This document shows, one piece after another, positions 1-8,996 of a stretch of 31,466 nucleotides of DNA; position 1 is the stretch's first letter; every line of letters starts with the position of its first letter. This stretch comes from Bdellovibrionota bacterium FG-2 (lineage in GTDB: Bacteria; Bdellovibrionota; UBA1018): NCBI GenBank assembly GCA_051382305.1, contig JBBCAV010000413.1:1-31466 (forward strand), given 5' to 3'. Under the pieces are notes generated by a model. The model saw only the letters and a list, made by a program, of their open reading frames with translations. It did not search any database and was not told the DNA's origin. The position numbers were made by a program, and so were the translations under genes.

Positions 1-2
1 TC

Positions 3-632
3 TCCCTGGTTCAAGTCGCCGAAGGTGCACATTCCGAAGTTTCAAATATTCTCATCCGAATGCGCGAACTCGCGGTCCAAGCGTCCTCTGACACGGTTGG
101 ACAGCAAGAACGCAAATACCTTGATGTCGAGTTTCAACAATCCATTCAAGAAGTCGATCGCATCGCTCAAAGCACAGAGTTCAATCGGGTTCCCCTTCTT
201 AATGGAACGGCATCGAATATCGAAATTCAGGTAGGGACCGGTAATAATCCCACTATCGATCGCATCAAACTTTTTGATGCGAGCGCGACGGACGTCAACA
301 TCGTTGCATTGGGTTTAAACCTCGCAACCGTGGCTGATAAGGTGAGCTCACAAAACACTCTCGGCGCCCTCGATAAGGCCCTCACGCAAATCACCTCGAT
401 TCGTGCGGGATTCGGAGCGACTCAAAACAGACTTCAGTCCGTCATCAACAACCTCATGATCAACCGTGAGAACCTGTCATCGGCTAACAGTCGAATCCGC
501 GACACCGACATGGCAGAAGAAACCTCTGAGATGACGAAGAACCAAATTTTAATGCAAGCCGGGGTCGCAGTATTGGGCCAGGCGAATAGTTCTGTAAAAA
601 GCGCCCTCAACTTACTTGGGGGAGGAGGATGA
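3..632 (+). CDS. fliC: Flagellin, 5'-truncated by the window edge
   Basis: The frame is open from base 3 (SLVQVAEGAHSEVSNILIRMRELAVQA). It has the flagellin C-terminal motif QNRL...NLSSANSRIRDTDMAEETSEMTKNQIL. Confidence 0.95.
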   Translation, partial: SLVQVAEGAHSEVSNILIRMRELAVQASSDTVGQQERKYLDVEFQQSIQEVDRIAQSTEFNRVPLLNGTASNIEIQVGTGNNPTIDRIKLFDASATDVNIVALGLNLATVADKVSSQNTLGALDKALTQITSIRAGFGATQNRLQSVINNLMINRENLSSANSRIRDTDMAEETSEMTKNQILMQAGVAVLGQANSSVKSALNLLGGGG

Positions 633-699
633 TGATGACGTAAAAGTTTGACCTGAAGCAAAGGCCGTAGCCTGCGCTTGTTTCCTGGAGCTAATTATT

Positions 700-758
700 G
701 GGGGGGCTTACCCCAAATCCGCCAAGATGGCGCGATAAGGCCGCAAGCCCCCCCTTTC
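700..758 (+). terminator. Possible terminator hairpin after flagellin 1
   Basis: Outer stem GGGGGGGCTT (700-709) / AAGCCCCCCC (745-754), inner stem CGCCA-AGA-TGGCG, followed by TTTC. Confidence 0.4.
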
Positions 759-983
759 AAGATCCGAGTGAAACCGTAAGGCGAAATAGAACCCGCTTCG
801 GGGCTCGTTGGTGGAGAGATGCAAAAATTTTTCTGAGTCGCGCGACAGGCGCGTCGACCTGAGGAACAGCCAGCGGGTGAATAAAGGTGTGAGTGAGTGC
901 TTGGGATGGTCCTAAGTACCGCTCCAAATGGTGTCAATCTCTGAGAGCGTCAACTCTCTTGTTTGTCACCAAAAATTAGAATT

Positions 984-1057
984 GAGCATGGATGCTCGTC
1001 ATCTTGATGGATCAGGATGAGCTACAAGGAGGATTGCACTTATGAACGGAGGCTAAA
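984..1057 (+). promoter_or_regulatory. Flagellin 5' UTR with multiple GGA-loop hairpins (putative CsrA sites) and RBS
   Basis: GAGC-ATGGAT-GCTC, TCATCTTG-ATGGAT-CAGGATGA and CAA-GGAGGA-TTG, then SD ACGGAGG before the ATG at 1058. Confidence 0.75.
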
Positions 1058-1891
1058 ATGGGTTTACGAATAGCAACCAACAGTACCGCTATTAATGCTC
1101 AACGGCAGATGGCGATTACTCGAGGTAATTTGGATAAGACGTTGGAAAAACTTGCGAGCGGTAGCCGAATCAACCACGCGGGTGATGATGCTGCAGGACT
1201 TGCGATTTCAGAAAATCTGAGAGCGCAGATCAGGGGCTTCAGACAGGCAAAGCGAAACGCCTTAGACGGTGTTTCCCTGATTCAAGTCTCAGAAGGAGGT
1301 CTGAACGAAATTTCGAACATGATGGTGCGACTCAGAGAGCTAGCGATCCAAGCAGCCTCTGACACCATCGGTGAAACCGAACGACAATTTAGTGATCGAG
1401 AGTTTCAATCGCTGAAACAAGAAATGGATCGAATCGCAAATGCGACTCAATTCAACGGTACACCTCTCCTTAATGGTAAGGCAGGTGTCTTTGAAATCCA
1501 GATCGGCACGCACAATAACCCGATTCTTGACCGAATCGTATACAACGGCGAACGATCGGATGCATCTCTAGATTCCTTGAAACTAGGGGGCGAGTCCGTC
1601 GCGACCAAACAAGGTGCTCAGCTTTCACTTTCCGTGATCGATGATGCCTTAATTCGAGTCAACAGTATCCGCTCTGACTTAGGCGCAATGCAGAATCGGC
1701 TTCAGTCAACGATCAACAACCTTGCGATCAATGACGAGAACCTATCTACAGCAAATAGCCGAATTCGAGACACAGATATGGCTGAGGAAGTCTCTGAAAT
1801 GACGAAACAGAACATTCTTATGCAAGCCGGTATCGCAGTCTTGGGTCAAGCGAATCAAACAAACCAATCAGCGCTTAAGCTGTTGGGATAA
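1058..1891 (+). CDS. fliC: Flagellin (277 aa)
   Basis: N-terminal MGLRIATN...LASGSRINHAGDDAAGLAISE and C-terminal SRIRDTDMAEEVSEMTK flagellin signatures. Confidence 0.97.
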   Translation: MGLRIATNSTAINAQRQMAITRGNLDKTLEKLASGSRINHAGDDAAGLAISENLRAQIRGFRQAKRNALDGVSLIQVSEGGLNEISNMMVRLRELAIQAASDTIGETERQFSDREFQSLKQEMDRIANATQFNGTPLLNGKAGVFEIQIGTHNNPILDRIVYNGERSDASLDSLKLGGESVATKQGAQLSLSVIDDALIRVNSIRSDLGAMQNRLQSTINNLAINDENLSTANSRIRDTDMAEEVSEMTKQNILMQAGIAVLGQANQTNQSALKLLG

Positions 1892-1897
1892 GTAGGC

Positions 1898-1920
1898 GGG
1901 CGGAAATAAGGGTTCCGCCC
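1898..1920 (+). terminator. Hairpin immediately after flagellin 2
   Basis: GGGCGGAA-ataaggg-TTCCGCCC just after the stop codon. There is no clear U-tract. Confidence 0.35.
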
Positions 1921-2250
1921 TAAGACCGAGGATCTGCGAGTGAACGTGGAAACACGAGAAGGGAGCATTACCAAAGGTGTATCCGAGAATACGCGGGTTT
2001 AGACCGAGCCATAGGCTCCCCCGCATCTATAAAGATGACTTCTTGGAAGAAAACACCGGTATGCTAGCAAAGAGCATGGCACTGCGCCGTGGTGTGAGTG
2101 AATATTTAGAGAAAGGATTAAAAGTTTCTCGAGGAGGAGAACGGCCGACAGCCAGGGACTGGTTTGAGGTTAGACTAAGACTCCTCAGAAAATAGAGCGC
2201 GCGCCAAAGGATGGATCATTAGAGCATTCTTGGACCGCATAACAAAAACT

Positions 2251-2327
2251 CGAGCAGGGAAGCTTGTCATCATGAGGGATCGTGATGAGCTGTCATGGAG
2301 GATTGCACTTATGAATGGAGGCTAAAT
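2251..2327 (+). promoter_or_regulatory. Flagellin 5' UTR with multiple GGA-loop hairpins (putative CsrA sites) and RBS
   Basis: CGAGC-AGGGAA-GCTTG, TCATCATG-AGGGAT-CGTGATGA, CATGGAGGATTG and SD ATGGAGG. Homologous to 984-1057. Confidence 0.75.
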
Positions 2328-3161
2328 ATGGGTTTGCGAATTGCAACCAATAGTACTGCGATAAATGCCCAAAGGCAGATGGCAATTACTCGTGGAAATT
2401 TGGATAAAACGTTGGAAAAGTTGGCAAGCGGTAGCCGTATCAACCACGCGGGAGATGACGCTGCAGGGCTCGCTATATCTGAAAATTTAAGAGCTCAAAT
2501 TCGGGGCTTTAGACAAGCCAAGAGAAACGCGATGGACGGCGTTTCCCTGATTCAGGTCTCAGAAGGCGGTCTCAACGAAATCTCGAACATGCTCGTGCGT
2601 CTGAGAGAACTAGCAATCCAAGCGGCATCTGACACGATCGGCACAACCGAGCGGCAATTTGCGGATCGAGAGTTCCAGTCGCTCAAACAGGAAATGGATC
2701 GAATAGCAAATTCAACTCAATTCAACGGCACTCCTCTCCTAAATGGTAAAGCGGGAATATTCGAAATTCAGATTGGGACAAAGAACAATCCCATTTTGGA
2801 TCGAATCGTCTACAATGGCGAACGGTCGGATGCTTCCCTCGATTCCTTACGGATGGGAGGGGAATCTGTCGCGACAAAGCAAGGGGCTCAACTTGGCCTA
2901 TCGGCCATTGACGATGCCCTCGTTCGAGTCAATAGTATTCGCGCGGATTTGGGGGCGATGCAGAACCGGCTCCAATCAACGATCAATAATCTGGCCATTA
3001 ATGACGAAAATCTCTCCGCTGCTAATAGCCGCATCAGAGATACCGACATGGCCGACGAAGTCTCGGAGATGACTAAGCAAAACATATTAATGCAAGCGGG
3101 CATTTCCGTATTAAGCCAGGCAAACAATACGAATAGTGCGGCTCTTAAACTACTTGGGTAA
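2328..3161 (+). CDS. fliC: Flagellin (277 aa), close paralog of 1058..1891
   Basis: Start moved to ATG 2328 on the basis of the SD GGAGG and identity with the upstream paralog. The protein is nearly identical. Confidence 0.97.
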   Translation: MGLRIATNSTAINAQRQMAITRGNLDKTLEKLASGSRINHAGDDAAGLAISENLRAQIRGFRQAKRNAMDGVSLIQVSEGGLNEISNMLVRLRELAIQAASDTIGTTERQFADREFQSLKQEMDRIANSTQFNGTPLLNGKAGIFEIQIGTKNNPILDRIVYNGERSDASLDSLRMGGESVATKQGAQLGLSAIDDALVRVNSIRADLGAMQNRLQSTINNLAINDENLSAANSRIRDTDMADEVSEMTKQNILMQAGISVLSQANNTNSAALKLLG

Positions 3162-3252
3162 AAGCCCAATAGGAATCTATGTAGCTGTTTCACAAACTAA
3201 GGGAGACCTATGCTAGAATCATTATAGATGCTGGCTAGATGTGGGATAATCT

Positions 3253-4164
3253 GTGGCAAGAACTAAGGCGATATTGATCGTCGGCGGGAGTGGATTCGTC
3301 GGCTCGCACCTAGCTCTCCATCTTCGGGAGGGGTACAAGGTGTTTGCGACGACCTATACCCATCGAATTTTAATTCCGGGAGTCACGGTTTTTCCTCTGG
3401 CGGTCGATAACCGCGATTGGATGAAACGGATGATTTACACCACCCAACCCGATGTCGTCATCTACGCCGTCGGCAGTCACACCATTGGGAGGGAGGAAGC
3501 AGACAAGCGAAAGGCTGAAAGTGCTCACGCCGGGGGCGCAGTCACCCTTTGCGACGTTGCGGATATTATGCAGCCCAAGTTCATTTACCTTTCTCATTGC
3601 CAAGTCTTTGATGGCGAAAAAGGGAACTTTCACGAAACCGATAGCACGCTTCCTACTACAGATTTAGGCAGAGTTAAAATTCAGGGAGAGAATTTTATCA
3701 AAGGGCGATCCTTGAACCATATTATCGTAAGATCAAGCCCACTTTTTGGCCGAAGCAACGGCAGAACCTTCTCGCCGCTGGATCGCCTCCGCATCAGCCT
3801 AGACCGTGGTCAACGCGTTGAACTTCCCACAAATGAGTACTACTCCTACGCTCCGATTTACGGCCTTGTGGACATGATCTCGAGACTTATTGAGACCAAT
3901 ATCCGAAATAAGATTTTTCACTACGGGGGCCTCACGAAGGTGAGCCAATATGAGTTTGCCCGGGAATTTGCCAAGCGCTTTGGATTTGATCAAAAACTCG
4001 TCTCCCCGCTCAGACAAGAATCAACGATCGCATCAAAGGCCAAACCCATCATTCTTGATTATTCATTGAACTGTACGCAAGCGGTTCAAACGCTAAAGAT
4101 CAAGCCCCTTCTCTTGGAGCAGGGCTTTGATCTGATCGAGAAGCATCTGATTACCCATCTTTGA
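3253..4164 (+). CDS. RmlD/RfbD-like NAD(P)-dependent SDR (dTDP-4-dehydrorhamnose reductase family), catalytic residues degenerate
   Basis: GGSGFVGS Rossmann motif and VFDGEKGNFHETD motif. The YxxxK motif appears as LGRVK. Confidence 0.75.
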   Translation: MARTKAILIVGGSGFVGSHLALHLREGYKVFATTYTHRILIPGVTVFPLAVDNRDWMKRMIYTTQPDVVIYAVGSHTIGREEADKRKAESAHAGGAVTLCDVADIMQPKFIYLSHCQVFDGEKGNFHETDSTLPTTDLGRVKIQGENFIKGRSLNHIIVRSSPLFGRSNGRTFSPLDRLRISLDRGQRVELPTNEYYSYAPIYGLVDMISRLIETNIRNKIFHYGGLTKVSQYEFAREFAKRFGFDQKLVSPLRQESTIASKAKPIILDYSLNCTQAVQTLKIKPLLLEQGFDLIEKHLITHL

Positions 4165-4713
4165 GCGCTTTGAATCGCGAGTCGTGCGAACAAATTCTGA
4201 GAAATAGAATTTAGCGACTTGCTCAGCAACGACACGCTCGCCCTTAAAGGTCCAATAAACATCCCGAAAAGGGCCGACTTGAGCAATGAGTTCTTGCGCA
4301 GGCGACATCCCGTTTCCACCCGGAGACACTTGCAGCTGCCCATCAACAGAAAGCGAGCCACGCATGTGTTGTGCGAAAGCGATTTGGATTACGCCATGCG
4401 CAGAGTTAGAAATCACGAGCTTGATTTGATTCCTAAACACCATAAAATCAGCCGCGGTTTGCGCAATGCTAAAAACTTTTACATCTTGAAATTTAGTTCC
4501 GTTCTCTGAGTAGCCATTCAAAACGCCCACAAACTCGGAGAAAATTTCGCGAAGTTCGGTCAAAAAATCGATTGTGCTTTCCTCAACACGCTGCTGAGGG
4601 TCAAAACTTCGTCCAAGCTGCAACAGCCGCTCGGCGTCAGGATGAACCTCGGCTCTTGCGAGTTCGTGGATCCAGCTATTCTGTGATGGTAATAAATCTT
4701 TAAAGCGCCCCAT
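4093..4713 (-). CDS. Hypothetical protein (~206 aa), likely start MGRFKDLL
   Basis: Long ORF with globular, protein-like composition. The upstream part of the 4851 ORF looks non-coding. Confidence 0.7.
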   Translation of the reverse strand: MGRFKDLLPSQNSWIHELARAEVHPDAERLLQLGRSFDPQQRVEESTIDFLTELREIFSEFVGVLNGYSENGTKFQDVKVFSIAQTAADFMVFRNQIKLVISNSAHGVIQIAFAQHMRGSLSVDGQLQVSPGGNGMSPAQELIAQVGPFRDVYWTFKGERVVAEQVAKFYFSEFVRTTRDSKRSKMGNQMLLDQIKALLQEKGLDL

Positions 4714-5011
4714 ACCCAATTTAAATCCTACGACTATGTGAGCAGGTTTGTCAAATCGTCCCAGAATCTGGCGTGTCAATTGGAACCCGTGATGATCAAG
4801 TGGGCGCCGTATGACAGTTTTAGGCTTCCTGGACGGACCAGGCATGCACACCGCTGTCAGGCACAGCCCCCTGGGTTATTGACTGTCGGGTCCAAATACT
4901 TTCACCAAACCCTGGGACAAGTCCAAGTATACTCCTTTTATTTGTTTGTGGAGAAGATTCTGATATCCAACTTTACACGCAGAAACAAAAATGACACACT
5001 CAAGTATATAA

Positions 5012-6046
5012 ATGGCAGGACAAAAAATTCTGGTCGCTGATGACAGTTTGACCATTCAAAAAGTGATACGCCTCGCCCTCTCAAACGAAGGGTATGATAT
5101 TCAAGCGATTTCCGATGGAAACGACGCCGTTCAACAGATTTCGCTTTTTCGTCCTGACATTGTTCTAATTGACGTCTCATTACCCGGGAAATCCGCGTTC
5201 GAAGTAAAACGGGCAATCAATGAACTTCTTGACTTTGAAGAAGTTCGCTTTGTCCTCATGTCTAGTGCTTTTGAAAAGGTGGACGAAGAGCAAGCCGAGG
5301 AAGTAAAATTCCATAGTCGCCTCACCAAACCTTTTGATCCGGCACATTTAAGACAAATTCTGACGGACGTGATGAACCAAGTGACCCTGAAACGCAAGGA
5401 ACCCACGAAGTTTATTGAGCAGCCAAAAACGCCGGCTTCTCCACCCCCTCCTCCAAAAGCTCCCGACATGCTTTCCGCGAGCTGGAACGATTCCATTGAC
5501 CCTATCGCCCCCCAAAAGCAAGAGGTTGTGACAAACCTCTGGGACCACGATATTCCTCAAGAAAACGACGAGAGTTTAAAAATCGAATCCCCTCAAAAAG
5601 ATGACGACATCAAACATCTCACCGAATCAACCATTCGAATGAGTGGTCTCGATGATTTTCAATGGAGCGTCCAGGAGCCCTCGCTAAAAGAACCGCTTAG
5701 GGAACCGCCTCAAGGACCTCAAGGACCTCAAGGACCTCAAGGACCTCAAGGACCTCAAGGAGCTGATGCGTACTTCAATGCTCCGCACGAGCCCGCGCCG
5801 GAGCTCTCCACCGGGATCGACACCTCATTTTCGTCGTCAATGCCAGAGATCGACCTTCCTCCGCCATCTGTGAATGTTTCCGAAACGGCGCAAGCCACGC
5901 CTGAACTCACGATCACCAATAAGTTGCTGGAAGAGATTGTGCACAAGCAGGTTTATGAGGCAGTTCAAAAACTTACGCAAGAGCTATTGCCTCAGGTCGC
6001 TGAGCGCGTGATCAAAGAAGAGATTCACCGCCTACTTTCGATGTAG
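5012..6046 (+). CDS. romR: RomR-like polarity response regulator (receiver domain, Pro-rich linker, conserved C-terminal helix)
   Basis: Receiver ILVADDSLTIQKVI...RPDIVLIDVSLPGKS...LTKPFD, a disordered Pro/acidic linker and C-terminal LLPQVAERVIKEEIHRLL, all resembling Myxococcus/Bdellovibrio RomR. Confidence 0.8.
   Translation: MAGQKILVADDSLTIQKVIRLALSNEGYDIQAISDGNDAVQQISLFRPDIVLIDVSLPGKSAFEVKRAINELLDFEEVRFVLMSSAFEKVDEEQAEEVKFHSRLTKPFDPAHLRQILTDVMNQVTLKRKEPTKFIEQPKTPASPPPPPKAPDMLSASWNDSIDPIAPQKQEVVTNLWDHDIPQENDESLKIESPQKDDDIKHLTESTIRMSGLDDFQWSVQEPSLKEPLREPPQGPQGPQGPQGPQGPQGADAYFNAPHEPAPELSTGIDTSFSSSMPEIDLPPPSVNVSETAQATPELTITNKLLEEIVHKQVYEAVQKLTQELLPQVAERVIKEEIHRLLSM
5708..5761 (+). repeat. 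Perfect tandem repeat (CCTCAAGGA)x6 encoding (PQG)6
   Basis: Read directly from the sequence. In frame within the romR linker. Confidence 0.97.
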
Positions 6047-6799
6047 CGAAACTTCTTCAGCAAGAAGCTCTTTTTTTTCTCCTGTGGCTAACTTCACTGA
6101 CAACTCCCCGTTTTTCCCCAATCCAAGCACTTCTGCACTCATCAAGGCTCCCGACGAAGAATCCGTCCACACGATCTCCGTTTTTGGCTGGAGCACTGAA
6201 AGGCTCATAAACGACTCACGAATCGCTTCAACGCCTTTGCGCGAAAGACGCGCTACCTGATCCAAGATTCCTTGAATTATTTTTTCTCTCACAAAATCGG
6301 CAGTAATCCCGCGGCCCGACAGATCCGAAAGGCTCGTCACCTTCTGATCTGTCACGGGCGGGGTATGCGCGCAATTCAGACCCAAGCCGACAATCGCGTA
6401 AGAGTTCGCTGTCATACCCACCGCTTCGCAGAGAATTCCTCCTAGTTTAAAAAGCTCGAGCTCGCCGGTCTGACTTTTCTGCGAGACGACCACATCGTTT
6501 GGCCATTTAATTGAAACGCGCTCGAACTTGAGCTCACGCAGTGCCCCCACTACTCCCACGGCCGCAACCAACGGAAGCCAACCCCACTGAGCACGCGGCT
6601 CATGACGAATGAGAAGGGAGAGGAACAAATTCTCTTCAAGCGAAACCCACTCTCTTCCCAGCCTCCCTCGTCCGGCCTCCTGAACCTTTGCAGAGACCCA
6701 CGATCCATGAGGATGGCCTTGGTCCCCCAAAACTCTGGCAAGATCATTGGTTGACCGGCACGAGTCAATCACGCGATTAATAAAGAGAGACGAGTCCAT
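6032..6799 (-). CDS. birA: Biotin--protein ligase (no N-terminal HTH)
   Basis: STND, QEAGRGRLGREW, IKWPNDV, KLGGILCE and GLGLN motifs. Confidence 0.93.
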   Translation of the reverse strand: MDSSLFINRVIDSCRSTNDLARVLGDQGHPHGSWVSAKVQEAGRGRLGREWVSLEENLFLSLLIRHEPRAQWGWLPLVAAVGVVGALRELKFERVSIKWPNDVVVSQKSQTGELELFKLGGILCEAVGMTANSYAIVGLGLNCAHTPPVTDQKVTSLSDLSGRGITADFVREKIIQGILDQVARLSRKGVEAIRESFMSLSVLQPKTEIVWTDSSSGALMSAEVLGLGKNGELSVKLATGEKKELLAEEVSLHRK

Positions 6800-6808
6800 G
6801 TCGCGCCC

Positions 6809-7687
6809 CTAAACTTCTATTAAGAGTGATAAATCCGATGACTTCACCGAATGGGTCAATGAACCCACAGAGAGGACATCCACCCCCGCAATTGCGTAGT
6901 TTTCGATATTCAGTGAATTCAAGCCCCCTGAAACCTCGACGAAGGGCCGCGGCGAGCAGGTGGAGATCAGATCAACAGCTTCGCGGACTTGTTTGGGTGA
7001 AAAATTGTCGAGAAGAACCCCATCGGCTCGAGCTTCAAGCGCTTGCTTGAGCTCTTTTTGAGAGCGCACTTCGATTTCGATTTTCATTCCGTGAGGCGCA
7101 AGCGAGCGAGCGCCCTGAACGGCCTTCTTCATTCCCCCCGAAGCGGCGATGTGGTTTTCTTTGATCAACACGCCGCCCGAAAGCCCAAGGCGATGGGCAT
7201 AGCCCCCCCCACATAGAACGCTCCAAACCGAGATGTCTTTTAAATGGGGAAGCGTTTTCCGGGTCGAGGTTACGCGCGGCGGATTTGAGGGACAGGCTCT
7301 CTTAACACGAGCGACAAGATCGGAGGTGGCAGTAGCGATTCCGCACGCGAACGAACAAAGATTTAGAAACGGTCGCTCCAATGCAAGAATTTCAGCAGCC
7401 GGCCCCTTCAAAGTAACAAGCTCTTGCTCCGGCTTAAAGGGTTGGCCGTCCTTCTTCGTACTTTTAAGGGAGCACGCGAAGCCCTCAGCGCCAGACAACA
7501 AATTCCCCGCGCTAACGAGTCCGGCCGCAGCCCAAACTCCCTCGCACTTCGCGATTATCGAAGCGTGCGAGGCGCGTGAAACGCATCCTAAAGACCCCAA
7601 AGCCGTCCAATCCCATTGGGCGCCGTCTTCGCGAAGACCTTGGATAAGTAGATCTTTCCAGATTCCGTAAAGTAAGCTATTTTCCAT
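6809..7687 (-). CDS. nadC: Quinolinate phosphoribosyltransferase
   Basis: TRKTLP, HRLGLS, LIKENHI, IEIEV, LLDNF and EVSGG motifs. Confidence 0.95.
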   Translation of the reverse strand: MENSLLYGIWKDLLIQGLREDGAQWDWTALGSLGCVSRASHASIIAKCEGVWAAAGLVSAGNLLSGAEGFACSLKSTKKDGQPFKPEQELVTLKGPAAEILALERPFLNLCSFACGIATATSDLVARVKRACPSNPPRVTSTRKTLPHLKDISVWSVLCGGGYAHRLGLSGGVLIKENHIAASGGMKKAVQGARSLAPHGMKIEIEVRSQKELKQALEARADGVLLDNFSPKQVREAVDLISTCSPRPFVEVSGGLNSLNIENYAIAGVDVLSVGSLTHSVKSSDLSLLIEV

Positions 7688-7723
7688 GACTAGCTTTTAA
7701 TTCTTTTATGAGGTTCCTACAAG

Positions 7724-8485
7724 ATGAATACCAAGGCGATTACGCGTAACCCTAATGGCAGGCTTGCTTTCCAACTTCGCCCTATCGATGTTGAAACCGG
7801 GGTTAATCGCTATGCAGAGGGATCCGTGCTCATCAAAGCGGGTCATACCCATGTTCTTTGTACGGCATCGGTCGATGAGACTGTCCCGCCTTGGATGGCG
7901 GGACGTGGGACGGGTTGGATCACCGCAGAGTATTCGATGCTCCCTCGTGCAACCCATACCCGGGGAAAGCGCGATCGCGAGAAAGTCTCGGGCCGGACTC
8001 AAGAAATTCAACGACTTATTGGTCGCGCCCTCCGGGCAATGATTAATCTTAAGGCCCTGGGCGAGCGCTCACTTATGATTGATTGCGACGTGCTTCAAGC
8101 AGATGGGGGCACCCGAACAGCGTCCATCACGGGCGCGTCGATTGCGCTGACCATCGCGATTCATGAATTAGTGAAGAGCGGAAAAATTCCGGGAAAAGTT
8201 CTGCAAGATATTATTGTGGATACCGTCTCGGCAATCAGCGTGGGCCTGAAGAACGGTGAGGTCTTGGTTGACTTGGATTACAATGAAGATTCTTCCTGCG
8301 ACGTCGATATGAACTTTGTCATTACTGGCAAGAGCATGCTTGTAGAAGTCCAGGGAACAGCCGAAAAGCAGTCTTTCTCAAAGCAACAGCTTAACCAGAT
8401 GACTGACGGGGCGTTTGGGGCCTGCGAAAGCATTCGCCGTATTCAAATGGGGTCTCTTCAGAAGTTTGGAGTGGATTTACAATAG
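7724..8485 (+). CDS. rph: Ribonuclease PH
   Basis: GWITAEYSMLPRATHTR, GRTQEIQRLIGR and DCDVLQADGGTRTASITG motifs. Confidence 0.97.
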   Translation: MNTKAITRNPNGRLAFQLRPIDVETGVNRYAEGSVLIKAGHTHVLCTASVDETVPPWMAGRGTGWITAEYSMLPRATHTRGKRDREKVSGRTQEIQRLIGRALRAMINLKALGERSLMIDCDVLQADGGTRTASITGASIALTIAIHELVKSGKIPGKVLQDIIVDTVSAISVGLKNGEVLVDLDYNEDSSCDVDMNFVITGKSMLVEVQGTAEKQSFSKQQLNQMTDGAFGACESIRRIQMGSLQKFGVDLQ

Positions 8486-8486
8486 A

Positions 8487-8528
8487 AAGAGGGCTCCAAG
8501 GATGTGAACACATCCTTGGAGCCCTCTT
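8487..8528. terminator. 20-bp perfect inverted repeat, likely bidirectional terminator between convergent genes
   Basis: AAGAGGGCTCCAAGGATGTG-AA-CACATCCTTGGAGCCCTCTT directly after the rph stop. Confidence 0.8.
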
Positions 8529-8573
8529 GATTGAGGAGGGTGGTGGGTACAGCTCTGTAGCGTAACTGCTTAG

Positions 8574-8870
8574 TTACGCAGCCTTTGGAACACGTTGGCC
8601 TGTTTTGAGTTTCCAGGCTGTATAGTGTTCGAACTTTTTCTCGTAATCCGGAACGAGTTCACCCGTTTTCTTGATGAGACCAAACTTGAATTGATCATAG
8701 TGTTCATCGCAGAAGCTGAATCGACTCGCGTGAATCTTACAGCCAGGTGATACACAGCCTCCGGCAACGGGCTCGTAGCCCTTCTTGCCTTTTGGCTCGG
8801 ATGCTTGTGAGGTCGGATAAGATGTCGGACCGCTTGTTTTCTTTTCGGGACCACCGGTTACTTTTGCCAT
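8574..8870 (-). CDS. Small hypothetical protein with C-x4-C-x9-C-x2-H putative Zn-binding motif
   Basis: SD GAGGAG upstream. Motif CVSPGCKIHASRFSFCDEH. Confidence 0.8.
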   Translation of the reverse strand: MAKVTGGPEKKTSGPTSYPTSQASEPKGKKGYEPVAGGCVSPGCKIHASRFSFCDEHYDQFKFGLIKKTGELVPDYEKKFEHYTAWKLKTGQRVPKAA

Positions 8871-8900
8871 TTTATTTTTCTCCTCTGGGTTACAAATAGC

Positions 8901-8927
8901 GTATCGGAAGAGGATGTTAAAACTTTA
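8901..8927 (-). promoter_or_regulatory. Putative sigma28 (FliA) promoter
   Basis: Minus strand reads TAAAGTTT-N11-TCCGATAC, against the consensus TAAAGTTT-N11-GCCGATAA. It lies ~30 nt upstream of the 8870 start. Confidence 0.7.
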
Positions 8928-8996
8928 GCAAAATAGTCGGGTAATGGTGTTAAAAACCATGATGCAAAGAGTTATTGCTTTAGTTACAATACGCTT

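Noticed and set aside
1955-2025. Possible structured ncRNA or riboswitch between flagellins 2 and 3 (GGGAGC...GCTCCC with internal stems)
   Set aside because: The stems are short, there is no recognisable c-di-GMP or other riboswitch consensus, and it is not conserved in the other flagellin spacer.
641-2151. Sigma28 promoters for the flagellins (TAAAAGTTT...GCCGTAG at 641; TAAAAGTTT...GCCGACAG at 2119)
   Set aside because: Spacing is several nt longer than the 15-nt consensus, so these cannot be supported.
5708-5761. CRISPR-like repeat
   Set aside because: These are contiguous 9-mers without spacers, in frame within a CDS.
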